A stretch of DNA of 64,000 nucleotides, from positions 169,260,001 to 169,324,000 of the forward strand of contig NC_042998.1 of NCBI RefSeq assembly GCF_006345805.1, written 5' to 3'. The stretch is from Octopus sinensis. Lineage: Eukaryota. Shown here one piece after another: positions 40,573 through 54,123 of the stretch. A model generated the notes under the pieces. It was not told where the DNA came from and made no database searches. It saw only the letters and a program-made list of their open reading frames with translations. The stretch's first letter is position 1, and every line of letters starts with the position of its first letter. The position numbers were made by a program, and so were the translations under genes.

Positions 40573-40611
<39 letters not shown>

Positions 40612-40854
40612 TATAAATATATGAAAGAATGGAGCTGAACGACGAATTAATAAAATTCCTTTATTTTCGACATATGTTTCGAAGGCTGCATATTCCTAAT
40701 TGCGAAGGAATAAGGAGTACATCATGCCGCTTTCTCATCAGGAAAAGCAAGGAACTTATGTCAACATCAAAATGCACAAAAAAACTTTTAGATGATTGCT
40801 CACACGGAGCCCATAGTGGTAATGAGTGTCTCTTTAAATATATATATATATATA

Positions 40855-41083
40855 TTACTCTTTTACTTGTTTCAGTCATTTGACTGAGCCCATGTTGGAG
40901 CACCGCCTTTAATCGAGAATATCGACTCCAGGAGTTATTCTTTGTAAGCCAAGTATTTATTGTATCGGACTCTTTTGCCGAACCGCTAGTTTACGGGGAC
41001 GAAAACACACTAGCATCGGTTGTCAAGCGATGTTGGGGAGACAAGCAGAGACATGCAAACATATACACACACATACATATATA

Positions 41084-41114
<31 letters not shown>

Positions 41115-41190
41115 ATGTATGTATTTATGTATGTATGTATGTATGTATGTATGTTGTATGTATATACGACGGGCTTCTTTGAATTCGGAA
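40855..41190 (-). mobile_element. SINE-A lacking its head
   Basis: tactcttttacttgtttcagtcatttgactg...ggagcaccgcc...gcatcggttgtcaagc. Confidence 0.8.
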
Positions 41191-41454
41191 GTACTGGTCG
41201 TTGGATATACGTTGTATGATGTCACCTGATCAGATAAGTATGTTAATTTTTCAATGCTCTCAAATTTAAAATCTTGAATTACTGTAAAGAAGAGAAGAAT
41301 AAGAGAGTAGAAATATGATTTTACATTTTTCACATCACTACCATAAGATTGTCTTATGGTAGTGAAATAGTAGTTTAACTGCTATTTCTAAATTTCGGTA
41401 TGTGCAAATTTTAGCTGAACCCTAATTATAATTATACTCAAAATTATAGAATTT

Positions 41455-41455
41455 T

Positions 41456-41493
<38 letters not shown>

Positions 41494-41540
41494 CATATAT
41501 ATATATATATATATAATATATATATATGTGTGTGTGTGTG

Positions 41541-41582
<42 letters not shown>

Positions 41583-42093
41583 GTCACGAAGCTACAAATA
41601 CAGCTGATTATACTTCGGTCTCTTTTATTTTGAATCAATTGTTTCATTAATTAGCAGTTATTCAATACATCTTACATCTTGCAAATTCGCAATTTGTACT
41701 ATTCAATACCAACATATATATATACAAACGTATGTGTATATATATATAGATATATATATATATATATTATATATATATATATATATAGATATATATATAT
41801 ATATGTGTGTGTGTGTGATAGGCGTGTATATTATTATTAACATAATACTGTATGATAGTGTCGTGTTAGCCAAATTACCAAACGGTTCCATATCAGAGGT
41901 AGAGAATCAACTCTAGCTGTCATCAAAAATAACTGATACGAATAGTGGAATAGTGGGCTCTTGTCACTGGAAGCCAGATATGTATATACATGTGTATATA
42001 TTGTAAATATGTGGGTGTGTACAAACATATATAACATATACATGCATATATAAATATAACTATATATTGATAGATATGATGGTGGAGTGTTTG

Positions 42094-42158
<65 letters not shown>

Positions 42159-42676
42159 CATAAATGCATATACATATATACTGTGTGTTTTTATATAACA
42201 TACATATATATATAGATGCTTCCATATATATGCATATACATATACATATATATATATATACATGTATATCATGCATGCATATATATATACATATACATAT
42301 GTACATATATATATATATGTATATATATACATATACACACACACATATATATATATACATATACATATTATATATATGTACATATACATATATATAATAT
42401 TTATATATATACATTATATATATATATTATATAGATACATATATGTAATATATATATGTATATTACATATATACATATATATAATATATAACTATATATA
42501 TGCATATATATATATGCATATTCATATATGTACATATATATACATATATACACACACACCACACATACAATCGAAATAATCAATAATCAGGAGATATATT
42601 ATTATATAATATATAATATACTATATATATATATCCTGATTATTGATTATTTCGATATCTATGTATATATATATTA

Positions 42677-42748
<72 letters not shown>

Positions 42749-42750
42749 AA
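41455..42750. repeat. Compound (TA)n/(CA)n/(TATG)n low-complexity block
   Basis: Direct inspection; short unique islands at about 41580-41700 and 41820-41980. Confidence 0.9.
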
Positions 42751-43256
42751 GGGCTTAGAAATAAATTACTTTGCGCATACTGAACTCATTAGAAATAGCA
42801 GCTAAAAAACTTTTTTAAGGCTATTCTCTACTTAAAGAAAATCTCTCTCATTATAGTGTTTGCATAATTAACTCACAAAAGTTTGGGGGTAATGACATCG
42901 AAAAATCAAATGCTCAAGGTTATTCGAGACGTACGTTTCAAGATTAGTCAAAACAACATTTCTATCATCGGCTCGGAAATTCCTTGGTTTGGATTTGGAA
43001 AATCCAAATCCAAACCAAGGAATTTCCGAGCCGATGATAGAAATGTTGTTTTGACTAATCTTGAAACGTACGTTCTCGAATAACCTTAGCATTTGATTTT
43101 TCGATGTCATTACCCCCAAACTTTTGTGAGTTAAATTATGCAAACACTATATATGAGAGAGATTTTCTTTAAGTATTAGAATAGCCTTAAAAAGTTTTTT
43201 AGCTGCTATTTCTAATGAGTTCAGTATGCGGCAAAGTAATTTATTTTACTAAGCCC
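42751..43256. repeat. Long palindrome with ~250-nt arms and a 3-nt loop (43000-43002)
   Basis: ...ccttggtttggatttgga-AAA-tccaaatccaaaccaagg...; arms differ mainly by single-base indels; flanked by TATA. Confidence 0.92.
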
Positions 43257-43756
43257 TGTTATATAAGTAATAATTTGAATTCGCCTGAATGGTCCCTTTG
43301 CATACTGAACACTTGGTTAAATTGATTAATAATTAATAATTTTGCCCTCAATTGTTGAAAATATATATATATATATATAATATATATATATACATATATA
43401 TGAATATAATCCAGATTATCGTTCTTTCGTTCTTCTCGGCGTAACTTTAATTTCTGTCATTTCCTTAATTTAAATACTATAACTTTTAATTTTCTCTTAT
43501 GTTATCTTCTTCATCCACATTATTCGTTGTATTTGCCAAGAGACATATGAAGAAATTATCTTAATTGGCAAAGAATTCGCTTTGCTTGCATGTGATAATG
43601 GATTTAAAATACAGCGTCTCGATTAATTAATAGGCAGTCTTATGGTTGACGATGCTTTCGTATGTGCATTTTCCACAGAAACCCTCCAAACTCTCTCTCT
43701 TCTCTCTCTCTCTATATATATTATATATATATATATATATATATTTTATATATATA

Positions 43757-43802
<46 letters not shown>

Positions 43803-44289
43803 TCTTTTCTTTCATTCTTTTCACACGTACACACTCTCCATATATATATATATATATATATACATAATTATGCGTAATTAACAACCAAGTACAAAGCTTA
43901 TAATGTGGCGGGAATGGATTTTGTTCGACAAGTTCACATATTAACTGCAATTCTATTGGTTAGAAATAAGTGTGAGCGTAGTAATATCCCAAAACTCTAT
44001 ACAACATTTTGATTTCCTAGATAATATTCCAAGTGCTATTTTGCGCCCAAAATATATTATTTTCACACTTTATAGAGAACATTGCATCATATCACATGGC
44101 TGGTTTCAACAAATATAAAGAATGTATTTTAGACACGTTTTCGGTGCAAAATCATGTGTGTTCGAGTCCATAGAGTTCATTTTTAGCTATAAATAAACGA
44201 GAAAATTGCAACTGAGTTAGTTCTAATCTAATGCTGGAAGAATGGTCGTACTTTTTGGACCGTTACTAATTTGAATTATCTATGGTATT

Positions 44290-44594
44290 GCTTTACACAC
44301 ACGCACGCGCACACACACACACACACACACCACACAAACACACATTCATATATGTACACACACACCCACAAATACACGTGCACACACACACATACACACG
44401 TGCGCGCACTTACACACACGTACACACACACAGACAAACACATTGATACATACACACACACAAACACACACGTGCATACACACACATATACACACATGCA
44501 CACACATACACATACATACATGCATGCACGCGCACACACACACATACACACACATGTATACATACACACATACACACACACATCCACACACACA

Positions 44595-44632
<38 letters not shown>

Positions 44633-44645
44633 AAACGCAAACACG
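44290..44645. repeat. Degenerate (CA)n microsatellite
   Basis: Direct inspection. Confidence 0.95.
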
Positions 44646-44903
44646 ATCAGATCATGTCTTCGTTGTAAAACATTACATTACATCTTAGACTTAACAATTT
44701 AGCTGTGACAAATTATCTGTAGCTGCATGCACAAAATATTCTGAACATATACTTTATTCATACAATATTCTGTTGATGCAGTATATTACTGTACGGGAAT
44801 TTTTCTAGGTTGTTGCACTCGCGATCGCGAGGTCGTAGTTTCAATTCCTAAACCGAGTGGTGCGTTGTGTTCTTGAGCAAACCACTTCATCTCGCGTTGT
44901 TCT

Positions 44904-45151
44904 TATTTCTTTACTGCTCACAAGGGGCTACACACAGAGAGGACAAACAAGGACAGACAAACGGATTAAGTCGATTATATCTACCCCAGTGCGTAACTGG
45001 TATTTATTTAATCGACCTCGAAAGGATGAAAGGCAAAGTCGACCTCGGTGGAATTTGAACTCAGAACGTAGCGGCAGACGAAATACCTATTTCTTTACTA
45101 CCCACAAGGGGCTAAACACAGAGAGGACAAACAAGGACAGACAAACGGATT
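44904..45151 (-). mobile_element. Tandem SINE-B: head-truncated copy (44904-45086) preceded on the minus strand by a second tail (45088-45151); adjoins a SINE-D head fragment at about 44815-44900
   Basis: The tail tatttctttact...ggacaaacaaggacagacaaacggatt occurs twice; the second abuts cagacgaaatac within the head. Confidence 0.85.
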
Positions 45152-45193
45152 GTTCCATATCTATTTTATAATAATTTACAAATCATTATTAAA

Positions 45194-45640
45194 GGGCTAA
45201 GATCAGACACTTTCCTCTTTGGCCAAGGCCTCATCAACTTTTTCAAGTTTCACTTGAAAAGGAAAGTGAGAGTAGAGAGGGAAGTGCTGTCTGATAGCAA
45301 GTTTACTGAAAGGTGGGTAAATGTCGCAAGAATGGCCAGTATAAATGGATCAATTCTGAATATACACCTGTAGTATAAAAAGGTGTTATAAAAGGAGAAA
45401 GGGGCTCTCTACCCCACTTTTGACCAGGCTCCCTTGGCTTTTATGGGTTTTTCCACGAGTAACCTTTCGAAGCGCCTCCCCCTATTGGGAATTTCAATTG
45501 TTATATTTTTGTTGTTATCTCTGGAATTTTTACACGTTTTTTTTTACAAACGGACAAAGCCCTTTGTAACTTTCGTCCTGTGTTTCGTCCCTTTATGTTT
45601 TAATTAATTTTTGTCAGCCCTTGTGACCAATAAACGAATT
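45194..45640 (+). mobile_element. Tx1-group LINE, 5'-truncated 3' end (second subfamily)
   Basis: GQGLINFFKFHLKRKVRVEREVLS...RW matches GQGLINFFSYHLSSKIRLEKRCLS...RW of the 3580-9015 element; 3' UTR ends with AATAAA. Confidence 0.8.
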
Positions 45641-46689
45641 AATTATCATCATTATTATTATTATTATTATTATTGAAATATTTTCACTTCTGTGAAAACA
45701 GACAAGATTTAGATGCATTTTGTCATCATTTACTCTACGTGCAATTTCCATTCCTCTGTGTTCTAATATTCCAGTATCACTGACTAATAATATTTCTCTG
45801 TTCAATCTCAATAAATCCAGATAAACATCTCATTTTTGTATAATTAAATCTGTTATTAATGAAAACATTTTGTTGTTTGACCCTTTTTTTCAAGTTGTAT
45901 GTCAATATTTCTTGTGGTATACATACTAGTTAATTTTTTTTTCAATAGTTATTTTGATTTTAATTTTGACGCTAAGAGATTCTGACAGAAAAAAGGATGA
46001 CTCATGAATACTTCCATCATCTCACGTAACCAGTTAGATTATATCGTTTATCTGTTACGTTTCATTTCTTGTTTACAAAATTTTTGTATTTACAAATATC
46101 TACACTACTAAATACAAAGTATGAGTTTAATGGAACATAATCAAATCCATACATTCTCTTTCAAGTGGATATTTTGTTGGATTTTTTTTTTTGTTTTCAT
46201 TTTTCAAAAGCATACGACTGAATCTAAGTAGTTTTATCTAAATACATAATTTCCAATTCATCGATATATAATTATCAACAATATAATAATTATGTAATTC
46301 TAAATTATATTTGATTTGCTTAATTGTACACACTAAACATTTATGAGATATTTTTATTGGCGAATATGCTACTGAAATTGAACCAATTATTGATAAATAT
46401 TCAGTAGGTATTGAACCAAATGTGTCATAAATGGACAAATTCCGCATTAAATTTACAGATTTATAAATGGAAGAATTTATTTTCCAATTGCAATGCATAT
46501 TTATAAGTTATGTAACTCGTTAATATAAATTATTTACGTTTCATTACAAGAAATGTAAGCCTATTTCAACTTCTAATTAAAATATGCAGAAGTTTCTTAT
46601 ATTGCGACGAAAATAATTTCTATAAACAATTTTAGCCTCTGTGAAATCATAGAATATATTAACGCAGAAAATTCCATGTATTTGTTTAC

Positions 46690-47110
46690 TTCCTGGATAT
46701 GGAGGAAGATGTCCATAGCTTTTGCAGGCCCTCTATCTATCTATCCTCTCAGTCGAAGTCGACTCTCGGCTACTCGTGTAGCCGAGATCAGTGTTCTCAA
46801 GCCAGTTCTATCCTGGGTCGCTTCTTTCAGATTGGCTATGGCTATTCCCGTGTCACTCTTGATGGTGTCAATCCAACGAGTTCTTGATCGGCCTCTTCCT
46901 CTCTCGCCACTGACCATTCTGAGCATGATGTCCTTCTCCAATGATTTTCTCCGCATAATATGACCAAAATATGTCAATCTATGCTTGGTGATCCTAGCTT
47001 CTAGCGACAGTTTCGGCTTGATCTGGTTAAGAACTTCTCCATTAGTGAGCCTCGCTGTCCATGGAATCCGTAATATTGATGTCATAAGCGTTCCACTTAG
47101 ACGATAGCAG
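46690..47110 (-). mobile_element. RTE-clade LINE 3' fragment
   Basis: LRIPWTARLTNGEVL, RLTYFGHIMRRKSLEKDIM, GRSRTRWID. Confidence 0.88.
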
Positions 47111-47419
47111 GTCGGCACTTGCAAGAAAAACATGAGCAAAGATCGAATTCCAGAGGGCCGGCGTTCTGGGGATGAAGAAATGGGCGTTGTAGTTTCCTAA
47201 TTACTACTTCCATGCCTTCTCTTTCAAACCGTTGGTTGTGATGATAGGGGTTTGGACGCAAAACAACATGGGTAATGAGAGGAACAGAGACAAGTAAGTC
47301 GGGTGTGTCTGAACAGAAGTGACGTGAGATCAGCAGCTCTGAGAAACAGAGGCAAGTTTAGCAGCGACAAAAGGGCAAAGATCCTCGTTGAAATTGAAGT
47401 CTTACATATATACTTGTCC

Positions 47420-48050
47420 TATGATGGACATTTGTCCTCAGCCGTCTGGATTACTGCTCTCAACAGTAGTCACTGTATACTGTAGAATTAATAGCAGAAC
47501 TTGAGGCGGTTCAGCGATACTACACGAGGAAGATTGCATCAATGGAACAGATGAGCTACAAGCAGAGACTGAAAGAGCTACGACTCTACCCTCAGCAGCG
47601 AAGACGGGAGAGGTATGCAATGATATATGTGTGGAAGATACCGGAGAGGTTGGCACCAAACTTTGGAATCGAAAGTTATACCAGACCTCGAGATGGACGT
47701 CACTGCACTGTTCCAAAAGTCCCATCTGTGTCATCTAAGGCAAAGATCATCTACTGCAATAGCTTGAGATTCAAGGGCCCACAGCTATTTAAATCTATTT
47801 AAATCTTTGCCAAAACACCTGAGGGATCTCCATGGAGTGGGAGCAGATGTTTCCAAGAAGCACTTTGACCGCTTGCTATCCAAGGTCTCAGATGAACCAA
47901 TATCAAGGCAGAAAATTCAAAAGAAGGCGGCGGCAACGAACTCCCTCCTTCACCAAAAGCCAATCCCATAGAATTGACCAATTAAAAGGTGATTACACTG
48001 GTGGTGACCCAGCATGGCCGTAGCCTCAAGGCTGAAACATATAAAAGAAT
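47420..48050 (+). mobile_element. CR1-clade LINE 3' end including 3' UTR tail
   Basis: HLSSAVW/ELEAVQRYYTRKI, SYKQRLKELRLYPQQRRRERY, NSLRFKGPQLF; tail ggtggtgacccagcatggccgtagcctcaaggctgaaacatataaaaga. Confidence 0.85.
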
Positions 48051-48249
48051 ATATATATATATGCACATATATGCATATATATGGATATATGCATATATAT
48101 GCATATATATATATATATGCATATTATTATATATATATATTCATTATATATATCATGCATATACATATAGCATATATATATATATTATATATATATGCAT
48201 ATATATATATATATATATATTCATAAATAAATATGCATATACATATATG

Positions 48250-48321
<72 letters not shown>

Positions 48322-50247
48322 CAGTCACTCTCGCTACTATGCCACCTCGCTACTATGCCAGTTTTGCGCGGTCCCGGCCAAATAATAAACAAAAAGGTTT
48401 TACTATGCCACCCTCCAACTCTCTCGCTACATGCCACTTGTAAACTGAAGCGCACGCAACTTTTCGAAATTTTGTCCTCCCTACATTTTGTACATTTCGT
48501 ATTTGTAATCTTGTGGAAAAGTTCAGAAAGTAGCACACAATGTCAGCTCAGAAACGCAAGCGGACTGAGTTTTACGCTGAAGGAAAAGGAGGAGATTATC
48601 GATGCTGCGAAACACGAGCCGAACCAGTCTAAGCTGGCTAGAGAAATGAGCAAGAAATGGGACATCGAAGTCAAGAGAACCACGGTGAAGGGCATTCGCA
48701 ACAAAAAGGATGCAATCGAGGCAGCCATCAACGTTGGAATTCCATCGAAGCGCATGAAGCTGACGTAATCTCACAACCCGAAGCTCGATGATGGCGTGCT
48801 AATGTGGCTGAAACAAGCAAGAGGACAGAATCTGCCGGTCGGTGGTGATCTTTTGAAGGAGAAAGCAATTAAACTGGCCGAGCTTATGCACATTCCGAAC
48901 TTTATGGCAAGCGACGGTTGGCTAGACAATTTCAAAAATCGTCACGGCATCACGTTCAAGACAGTGCAGGGCGAAGCTGGAGCGGTGAATTCTCAATATC
49001 TTATTAAGTGGCAACAAGAGGTTCTCTGGCCCTTGCTCAGGCAGTTTTCCGCGAACGACGTGTTCAACTTGAACGAAACTGGACTCTTTTGGCAACTACT
49101 TCCGAACAAGACCATGGCTTTCAGGGGAGTGCGGTGCACAGGGTGAAAGAAAAGCAAGCAACGAATCACTCTTTTGGTCGGAGCAAACTTAAGCGGCAGC
49201 GAGAAGCTACCTCTTCTGGTGATCGGATATTCCAAGCAACCTCGTGCGTTTAAGAACAAAGAGATTCCTGTGAAGTACAAGGCTAATTCGAAGGCGTGGA
49301 TGACAGCAGAAATTTTTGAAGAAATGTTACAAACGTGGGACGGACAACTCGGGCAGCAAAACCGCAAAGTGTTGCTGCCTCGATAACTTCTCTGGTCACC
49401 CTTCTGACGTCCAAATGCTCTTCTTTCCGCCCAACACGACAGCAAATTCCCAACCAATGGATCAGGGAATCATACAAAATCTTAAGCACCATTACAAAAA
49501 GCTCTCGCTGTCCCGCCGTCTCGAAGCCATGGACGAAGGAAACGAGTTTAAATTTACATTGCTCGACTCTCTGCACGTCGCTCGGCGTGCATGGGAGCAG
49601 GTCAGTGAATTGACGATTAAGAACTGTTTCGCGAAAGCCAAGTTTATTGAAAAGGAAATACAAATAGAGCCAGAGGATGCTGAGCTGCTCGAGATCTGGA
49701 AAGCTTTACCTCCCGAGGAAAAGACACATGAGAACGAAACAATTGAGCTGTGTGATTTTCTCAGTGCTGACGATCGCCTCGTAACTGGAGGATCTTTCAC
49801 TCTAGAAGAAATAGCAAAGGAGGTAATGCATAACGAAGAGCCGGTGGAAAGTGAAGACGACGAGGTAATTGTGGAAGAGGAATACGTTTCGTTTGCAGAT
49901 GCCCAGAGAGCATGGAGCACTATCCGAAAGTTTATGCTGCAGCAGAGCAGCGGAAAACCCAGCGTCATGCAGGCGTGTGATAGGCTAGACAATGAAATGA
50001 ATGAAATCCGCCGAAAGAAGATGCGTCAGCCGACAATTTTTGAGAGCATCGGGATTAACTAAAAGCAATCTGAACTTAATAAACTTGGATGTCTTCTTTT
50101 TACCATTGCATTGGCCTTACTTCCAACCCTATGAATTTTTATTCGTATGTTCAGTAAATTTTTGGTTATGTAGTGTTTAGATAACAGACCCTCGGTACTA
50201 TGCCACTTTGGCTCAGTCCCGCAGGCTGGCATAGTAGCGAAAGTTGA

Positions 50248-50250
<3 letters not shown>
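48322..50250 (+). mobile_element. Full-length pogo/Tigger DNA transposon (1.93 kb) with TIRs, embedded in (TA)n
   Basis: TIRs cagtcactctcgctactatgcca and tggcatagtagcgaaagttgactg; subterminal ctcgctactatgcca repeats. Confidence 0.92.
48540..50062 (+). pseudogene. CENP-B-like (TIGD-type) DDE transposase with stops and frameshifts
   Basis: FTLKEK...HTH, LKEKA...FMASDGWLDNFKNRHGI, VFNLNETGLFW, KLPLLVIGYSKQPRAFK, NSKAWMT, LDNFSGH, FFPPNTT...QPMDQGII. Confidence 0.92.
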
Positions 50251-50284
<34 letters not shown>

Positions 50285-50646
50285 TATGTATATAAGCAAT
50301 GTTATCGATAATGGCCAAAATTGTGCTTTACCTTCTGCCGATAACTGAAGAGGAGCTGGTGACCTTCTGCGTTTTCCGTACGTCTGTGTATTTAGATGTT
50401 CGTATGTTTATTCGCTACACATTTTTTAATTGTGTGTGTGTGCGCGAACGCGCGCGCGCGCGTGTGTGTCTGTGTGTGTGCGTGTGCGTGTGAGTGTGTA
50501 GAAAAGTAACACACGAGTTGATGTGTAGAAAAAAATATTTTCATGAGGTACACTTTAGTACCGGTTTCCGCCTTTAAGACTTTTTCAATTAAGAGTAAAA
50601 ATAAGTAAATCAATTACATTAGAGAAGAAAAAAAAACTAAGTGAAA

Positions 50647-50820
50647 TGTTTTGTAAATATTTCCATATTATTTACATTATTTACATTTGACGGATATTTG
50701 TCCTCGTCTTTTTTTTGTTAACACGACGTTTCGACTGATGTACTCTCAAGCCTTCATTAAGTTTATCAATTATCAGTCAAATGTAAATAATATAAATAAT
50801 ATGGAAATATTTACAAAACA
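50647..50820. mobile_element. Collapsed fold-back of the same Penelope-like family as 59005-59364, with a degenerate hammerhead on the minus strand (50720-50760)
   Basis: Shares ttacattatttacatttgacggatatttgtcctc; ~45-nt terminal inverted repeats; TTAATGA-a-ggctt...cagtc-GAAA-CG-TC-gtgtt. Confidence 0.7.
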
Positions 50821-50940
50821 AGGAGGAGGAGGAGGAGGAGGAGGAAGAGGAGGAGGTGGAGGAGGAGGAGGTGGAGGTGGAGGAGGAGGAGGACGAGGAG
50901 GAGGACGAGGAGGAGGAGGAGGACGAGGAGGAGGAGGGAA
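50821..50940. repeat. (GAG)n-rich microsatellite
   Basis: Direct inspection. Confidence 0.95.
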
Positions 50941-51528
50941 AGAAAAGAAAGGAGAAAGAAAAGAAAAATATAGAGGTGGTGTGACACTGTATATAGTCCA
51001 TGGTCAAACGACTTAAGTAACCTGCAGTGGTCGTAGTAGTAGTGGTTGGAATTGCTCGAAGTTCTTGTTTCACTTTCATTTGTGGTGGAAGCATTCAAAA
51101 GAGGCTTATAGTTTCACTGTAAAACGTTGACCCTGTTTGAGGAGAATTCCGATCCCCCAGTTAGATTGACACATATACTACAGGTAGGTCTTCCGCATTT
51201 ACTTACTGTCAGTTTCGATGTTGTTGACGAGTGTACTTGGGCTTGTGTTAGAAGACTTTTCATTGTATATACATATATGCCGTTATATATGTACATATCA
51301 CACAGCCATTCCTGCGTTATATATATATATATATTCGTTTTGGGATTTGGTTTGCAAGATTCTTTATATGAGTTTGTGTGTTGAAGCATATCCTGTTGTG
51401 TCTGGGGAGAGCCATTCTCTTTTAGTGCCTTATTATTTAACACACTCACCGGTAAAAATTTCCACTTATTTTTTATTTTTATTTTCTAAAATTTTCGTTG
51501 CGTGTTGCAACCTTTTCAATAGTCTTGA

Positions 51529-51639
<111 letters not shown>

Positions 51640-51864
51640 TGTATATATATATATATATATATGTATATGTGTGCGTGTATGTGTGTGTGTGCGTGTGTGT
51701 GTGTGTGTGTAGTTATGTATTAAAAACAAAAGAGTAATTGAACGATCACTCATACATACTTTCAAGGAAAAGCTTGGCAGTGACTTCGAAATTTCTACTC
51801 ATTTACCTTCATCTGATTGATGTGTATGTGTGTATGTACAGACCCACACACACACATATGCATT

Positions 51865-52032
51865 CTTTCATTCTTTTATTTGTTTCAGTCTTTTGACTGC
51901 GACCATGCTGGAGCACCGCCTTAGTTGAACAAATCGACTCCAGCACTTATTCTTTGCAAGTCTAGTACTTTTTCTATCGGTCTGTTTTGCATCGATTGTC
52001 AAGCGATGGTGGGAGAACAAACAGACATACAA

Positions 52033-52071
<39 letters not shown>

Positions 52072-52235
52072 CGATAGACTTCTTTCAGTTTCCGTCTACC
52101 AAATCAACTCACAAGGCTTTGGTCGACCCCGAGGATATAGCAGAAGATACTTGCCCAAGGTGCCACGTAGTGGGACTGAACCCGGAACAATGTGGTTGGT
52201 AAGCAAGCTGCTTACCACACACCCACTCCTGCGCC
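51865..52235 (-). mobile_element. SINE-A, near full length with an internal deletion
   Basis: Head ggcgcaggagtgggtgtgtggtaagcagcttg; tail cagtcaaaagactgaaac. Confidence 0.88.
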
Positions 52236-52907
52236 TTTATATATATATATATATATATAAGGTCCGTGAAACAGAAATAACTACATTATATGATGTGTGT
52301 GTGTGTGGTGTGTGTGTGTGTGTGTGTGTGCGCGTGTGTGTGTGTGTGCGTGTGTGTGTGTGTTTGTGTGTGCGTGCGTGCAATAAGAGCAGAATCTTGT
52401 CTTTATATTGCATTTCAGAGAATGAGTTCCAAATATACATTCGGTTATACACAATCTAATTATTTATTTTCGAATTTACAAATCTATTGCAATATATCCG
52501 ATAAAACTCTCGCTCTAAATGTTTTGTTTTCATGCAACAAGGCTTCTCTACTTAAGATCTGCTATTTTCGTCTATAGACATCTGCTGTATTTTGAATCAT
52601 TACATCAAATATTTCACATGCTGACAGTTTCTTCATTAAGCTTCGCAGATTTATATATTACCTTTTTTTTTTCTTTTGTCTTGACACCGATATACAATTG
52701 TATAATTCTCCACGCATGCGTATAATTTACATTATAGTATGAAAAATGTTTCCTTGTCTTGTCTTTCCTGTCTTTCGATATTTGCTTTTGTAGCTATGAG
52801 ATCACCAAACATAGGATTTGTTCAAAAAGGCGAAATGAGTTTCAAGTATATTTACAATCTTACAAGAGATTATGGCATTTAATATAAATATTATCAGAGA
52901 ATAGGTA

Positions 52908-53060
52908 CAAGCGTGGCCGTATGTCAAAATTTTTGCTTCCCAATCACATGGTTCTGAGTTCAGTCCCACTGCGTGGCACCATGAGAAAGTGTCTTCTACT
53001 ATAGGCCAGGGCTTTGTGAGTGGATTTGGTAGACGGAAGCCGAAAGAAGCCTGTCATGTA
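52908..53060 (+). mobile_element. SINE-A head followed by (GATA)n (53070-53163)
   Basis: gttctgagttcagtcccactgcgtggcacc...gtgagtggatttggtagacggaa. Confidence 0.8.
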
Positions 53061-53072
53061 TATGCATAGATG

Positions 53073-53165
<93 letters not shown>

Positions 53166-53594
53166 GAAAAGAAATGGAACAACAATTAGAAGGCTTAACG
53201 AACTTTTTCCTTTTGTCCTTTTTCCTTTTTCCTTTTTCTTTTCATTTCCCTTTTTCTCTTATCTATATTCCTCCGATAAACTCTAAAATCATTCTGGCGA
53301 TGTTTGTTAAATGGAACGAGATAAATGCAAATTTACTTCGAAATAATAAACTGAAACAGCTGTAAATATTCTTGAACTACAATTAAACTATGACCTTTTA
53401 ATACCAATGATCAACTTCTAATTGTTAATTGTTGGTCCATTTCTTTTCTTATCTGAATATATTAAACCACGATTTTACCATTTTAGTAAGGCCTATACAT
53501 GGTGAGGTAATATACCAGTAATGCCTACGGATACATTTATAAGGTTGCATAACCTCTAACTCATAATTTTGTGTGTGTGTGTGTGTGTGTATAC

Positions 53595-54123
<529 letters not shown>

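Noticed and set aside
45194-45660. Second Tx1 fragment as further evidence of SINE targeting
   Set aside because: Its 3' flank is (ATT/ATC)n, not a SINE head, and its 3' UTR differs; it is a separate subfamily and does not support the targeting claim.
50687-51098. Poly-Gly, poly-Ser and poly-Leu ORFs
   Set aside because: Translation of a (GAG)n microsatellite; no other coding evidence.
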